In this document: in pieces, positions 56,703 to 57,803 of the stretch | Position numbering within the stretch: the stretch's first letter is position 1 | How the letters are laid out: the number at the start of each line of letters is the position of its first letter | IMG/VR virus record: IMGVR_UViG_3300037422_000254 | Location: 1-57,803 of that record | DNA: 57,803 nucleotides | Source of the DNA: a virus | Lineage: Duplodnaviria > Caudoviricetes | Direction: 5' to 3' (one strand) | Program-made: the position numbers and the translations under genes | Notes under the pieces: model-generated | Databases searched by the model: none | Seen by the model: the letters and a program-made list of their open reading frames with translations, nothing else | What the model was told of the DNA's origin: nothing

Positions 56703-56954
56703 CTATCGGCTTATTTTGTTGGTGTCAATCCCTATCGGCCCAAAATTTTCCTCCACCCATTTCGTCGCTGTTCCCGGCGCCAGTCGGATCATTATGGTCT
56801 TGCAGGCCGGGTGATTGGTTCCAGCAATTTCGACGACTGTTTTTCCAGGGATTTCCACGTCGATAGTCACTACATCGTAGGGGAATTTTTTTGTGTCCTC
56901 TGGTTGTTGTTCGGCCAGGATGTTTGCCGACAGGATTTTGATGTAGCCTTTCAT
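56703..56954 (-). CDS. Hypothetical protein
   Basis: AAGGA RBS; 83 aa. Confidence 0.6.
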   Translation of the reverse strand: MKGYIKILSANILAEQQPEDTKKFPYDVVTIDVEIPGKTVVEIAGTNHPACKTIMIRLAPGTATKWVEENFGPIGIDTNKISR

Positions 56955-57249
56955 TTGATTCCTTTCTTAAATCCAAGGGCCGGTCGGCCATGCAGGAGAA
57001 ACCGGCCGACCCCTGGCAGTAGCCCCCACTAAGAGCTACGTTTCGGAAATATCACCTAATCGCGAAGCACGCCATTATTAAGATCACAATGATCGTAATA
57101 ATCGCCAACGCAACGCTAAACCGAATATCGGACTTTGGATCTCGATCAAGAGCCGAGCTTTCCCTCTCTAAATATCCTTTGTACTGTTATGTCTATCTGT
57201 TCGTTGAGCCATAACAGTGATTCGCGTAGCTTGTCTGCGTTCTGTGCCA

Positions 57250-57408
57250 TCACTTAGCCCTCCTAACCGCCCACCGACTCGTTATCACTCGCCACCCGTC
57301 CTCGAATTCGACCAGCACGGAATTCATTCCGCCACTCGTCAGCACTCTACACCGCTGCCCCTTGCGATGGGGAAGGCGGGTACGCCAGTACCAAATGTGG
57401 TCATACAT
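57250..57408 (-). CDS. 52-aa small phage protein (not in ORF track)
   Basis: MYDHIWYWRTRLPHRKGQRCRVLTSGGMNSVLVEFEDGWRVITSRWAVRRAK. Confidence 0.6.
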   Translation of the reverse strand: MYDHIWYWRTRLPHRKGQRCRVLTSGGMNSVLVEFEDGWRVITSRWAVRRAK

Positions 57409-57410
57409 GG

Positions 57411-57803
57411 TTATCCACCGCCCTCCTCCCTTGCCGCCTGTTCAATCAACTCGATCAGCTTCTCCGCGAACCGCGCCCATGCCGCCTCCCACGCCGCCCG
57501 CCCCGCGGCCGCCCGCGCCTCCCGCGCCTCCCACGCCGCCGCCGCCGCCTGCGCCGCCGCCGCCGCCGCCGCCGCCGTTCGCGCCGCCGCCTGAAGCGCC
57601 GCCGCCGACCACGCCGCCGCATCCGCCGCCGCCTTTGCCGCCGCCGCCCGCGCCGCCGCCACCGCCGCCGCCACCGCATCCGCCCGCGCCGCCGCGGCCG
57701 TTCGCGCCGCCGCCGCCGAGCGCGCCGACTCTTTGGCATCGGCCACGACGAACGCCAGAAACGGCGCCTTCACGGCTTCAAGGTCCTGGCCTACCGCGAT
57801 CGC
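57411..57803 (-). CDS. Ala-rich paralogue P13 (5' end outside window)
   Basis: AIAVGQDLEAVKAPFLAFVVADAKES..FAEKLIELIEQA. Confidence 0.85.
   Translation of the reverse strand, partial: AIAVGQDLEAVKAPFLAFVVADAKESARSAAAARTAAAARADAVAAAVAAARAAAAKAAADAAAWSAAALQAAARTAAAAAAAAQAAAAAWEAREARAAAGRAAWEAAWARFAEKLIELIEQAAREEGGG

Larger units (their letters stand above)
1..57803. mobile_element. Tailed dsDNA phage genome (podovirus-like), nearly complete; probable Planctomycetota host
   Basis: TerL, portal, capsid, tail, primase-helicase, RusA and recombination genes; no host housekeeping genes; no recognisable tape measure, tail tube or sheath. Confidence 0.93.

Overview
This window looks like a near-complete tailed dsDNA phage genome with podovirus-like architecture. 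The host is probably Planctomycetota, inferred from the RimI-like GNAT, the CsrA-like gene and the Pro-rich/CPxGxC secreted proteins. Layout: (i) 1-7.2 kb: RusA, an HTH switch, GNAT, a PD-(D/E)XK nuclease, Sak4-like ATPase, SSB-like, CsrA-like, holin-like and SNase genes. (ii) 7.2-11.2 kb: secreted proteins, a papain-like protease and a tRNA(CAT)-like gene. (iii) 11.2-36.3 kb: terminase, portal, capsid, glycosyltransferase, tail/adaptor, pentapeptide and ejection-type proteins. (iv) 36.3-39 kb: a leftward operon with a serine recombinase. (v) 39.0-49.6 kb: a tandem array of 12 paralogous genes (conserved ~110-aa MKAFH... domain, hypervariable Ala-rich tract, conserved FAxKLIxLI end), split by 7 copies of a ~135-200 bp hairpin/promoter-like/leader/RBS cassette. 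(vi) 49.6-50.6 kb: a non-coding control region with 11-bp tandem repeats and a 13-2-13 inverted repeat. (vii) 51-57.8 kb: primase-helicase, SF2 helicase, small genes and a 13th, truncated paralogue. The standout is the array. Its genes and spacers are combinatorial mosaics of shared blocks, which suggests an RT-independent, recombination-driven diversifying system, although misassembly must be excluded. All functional calls come from motif recognition by eye; no database searches were run.
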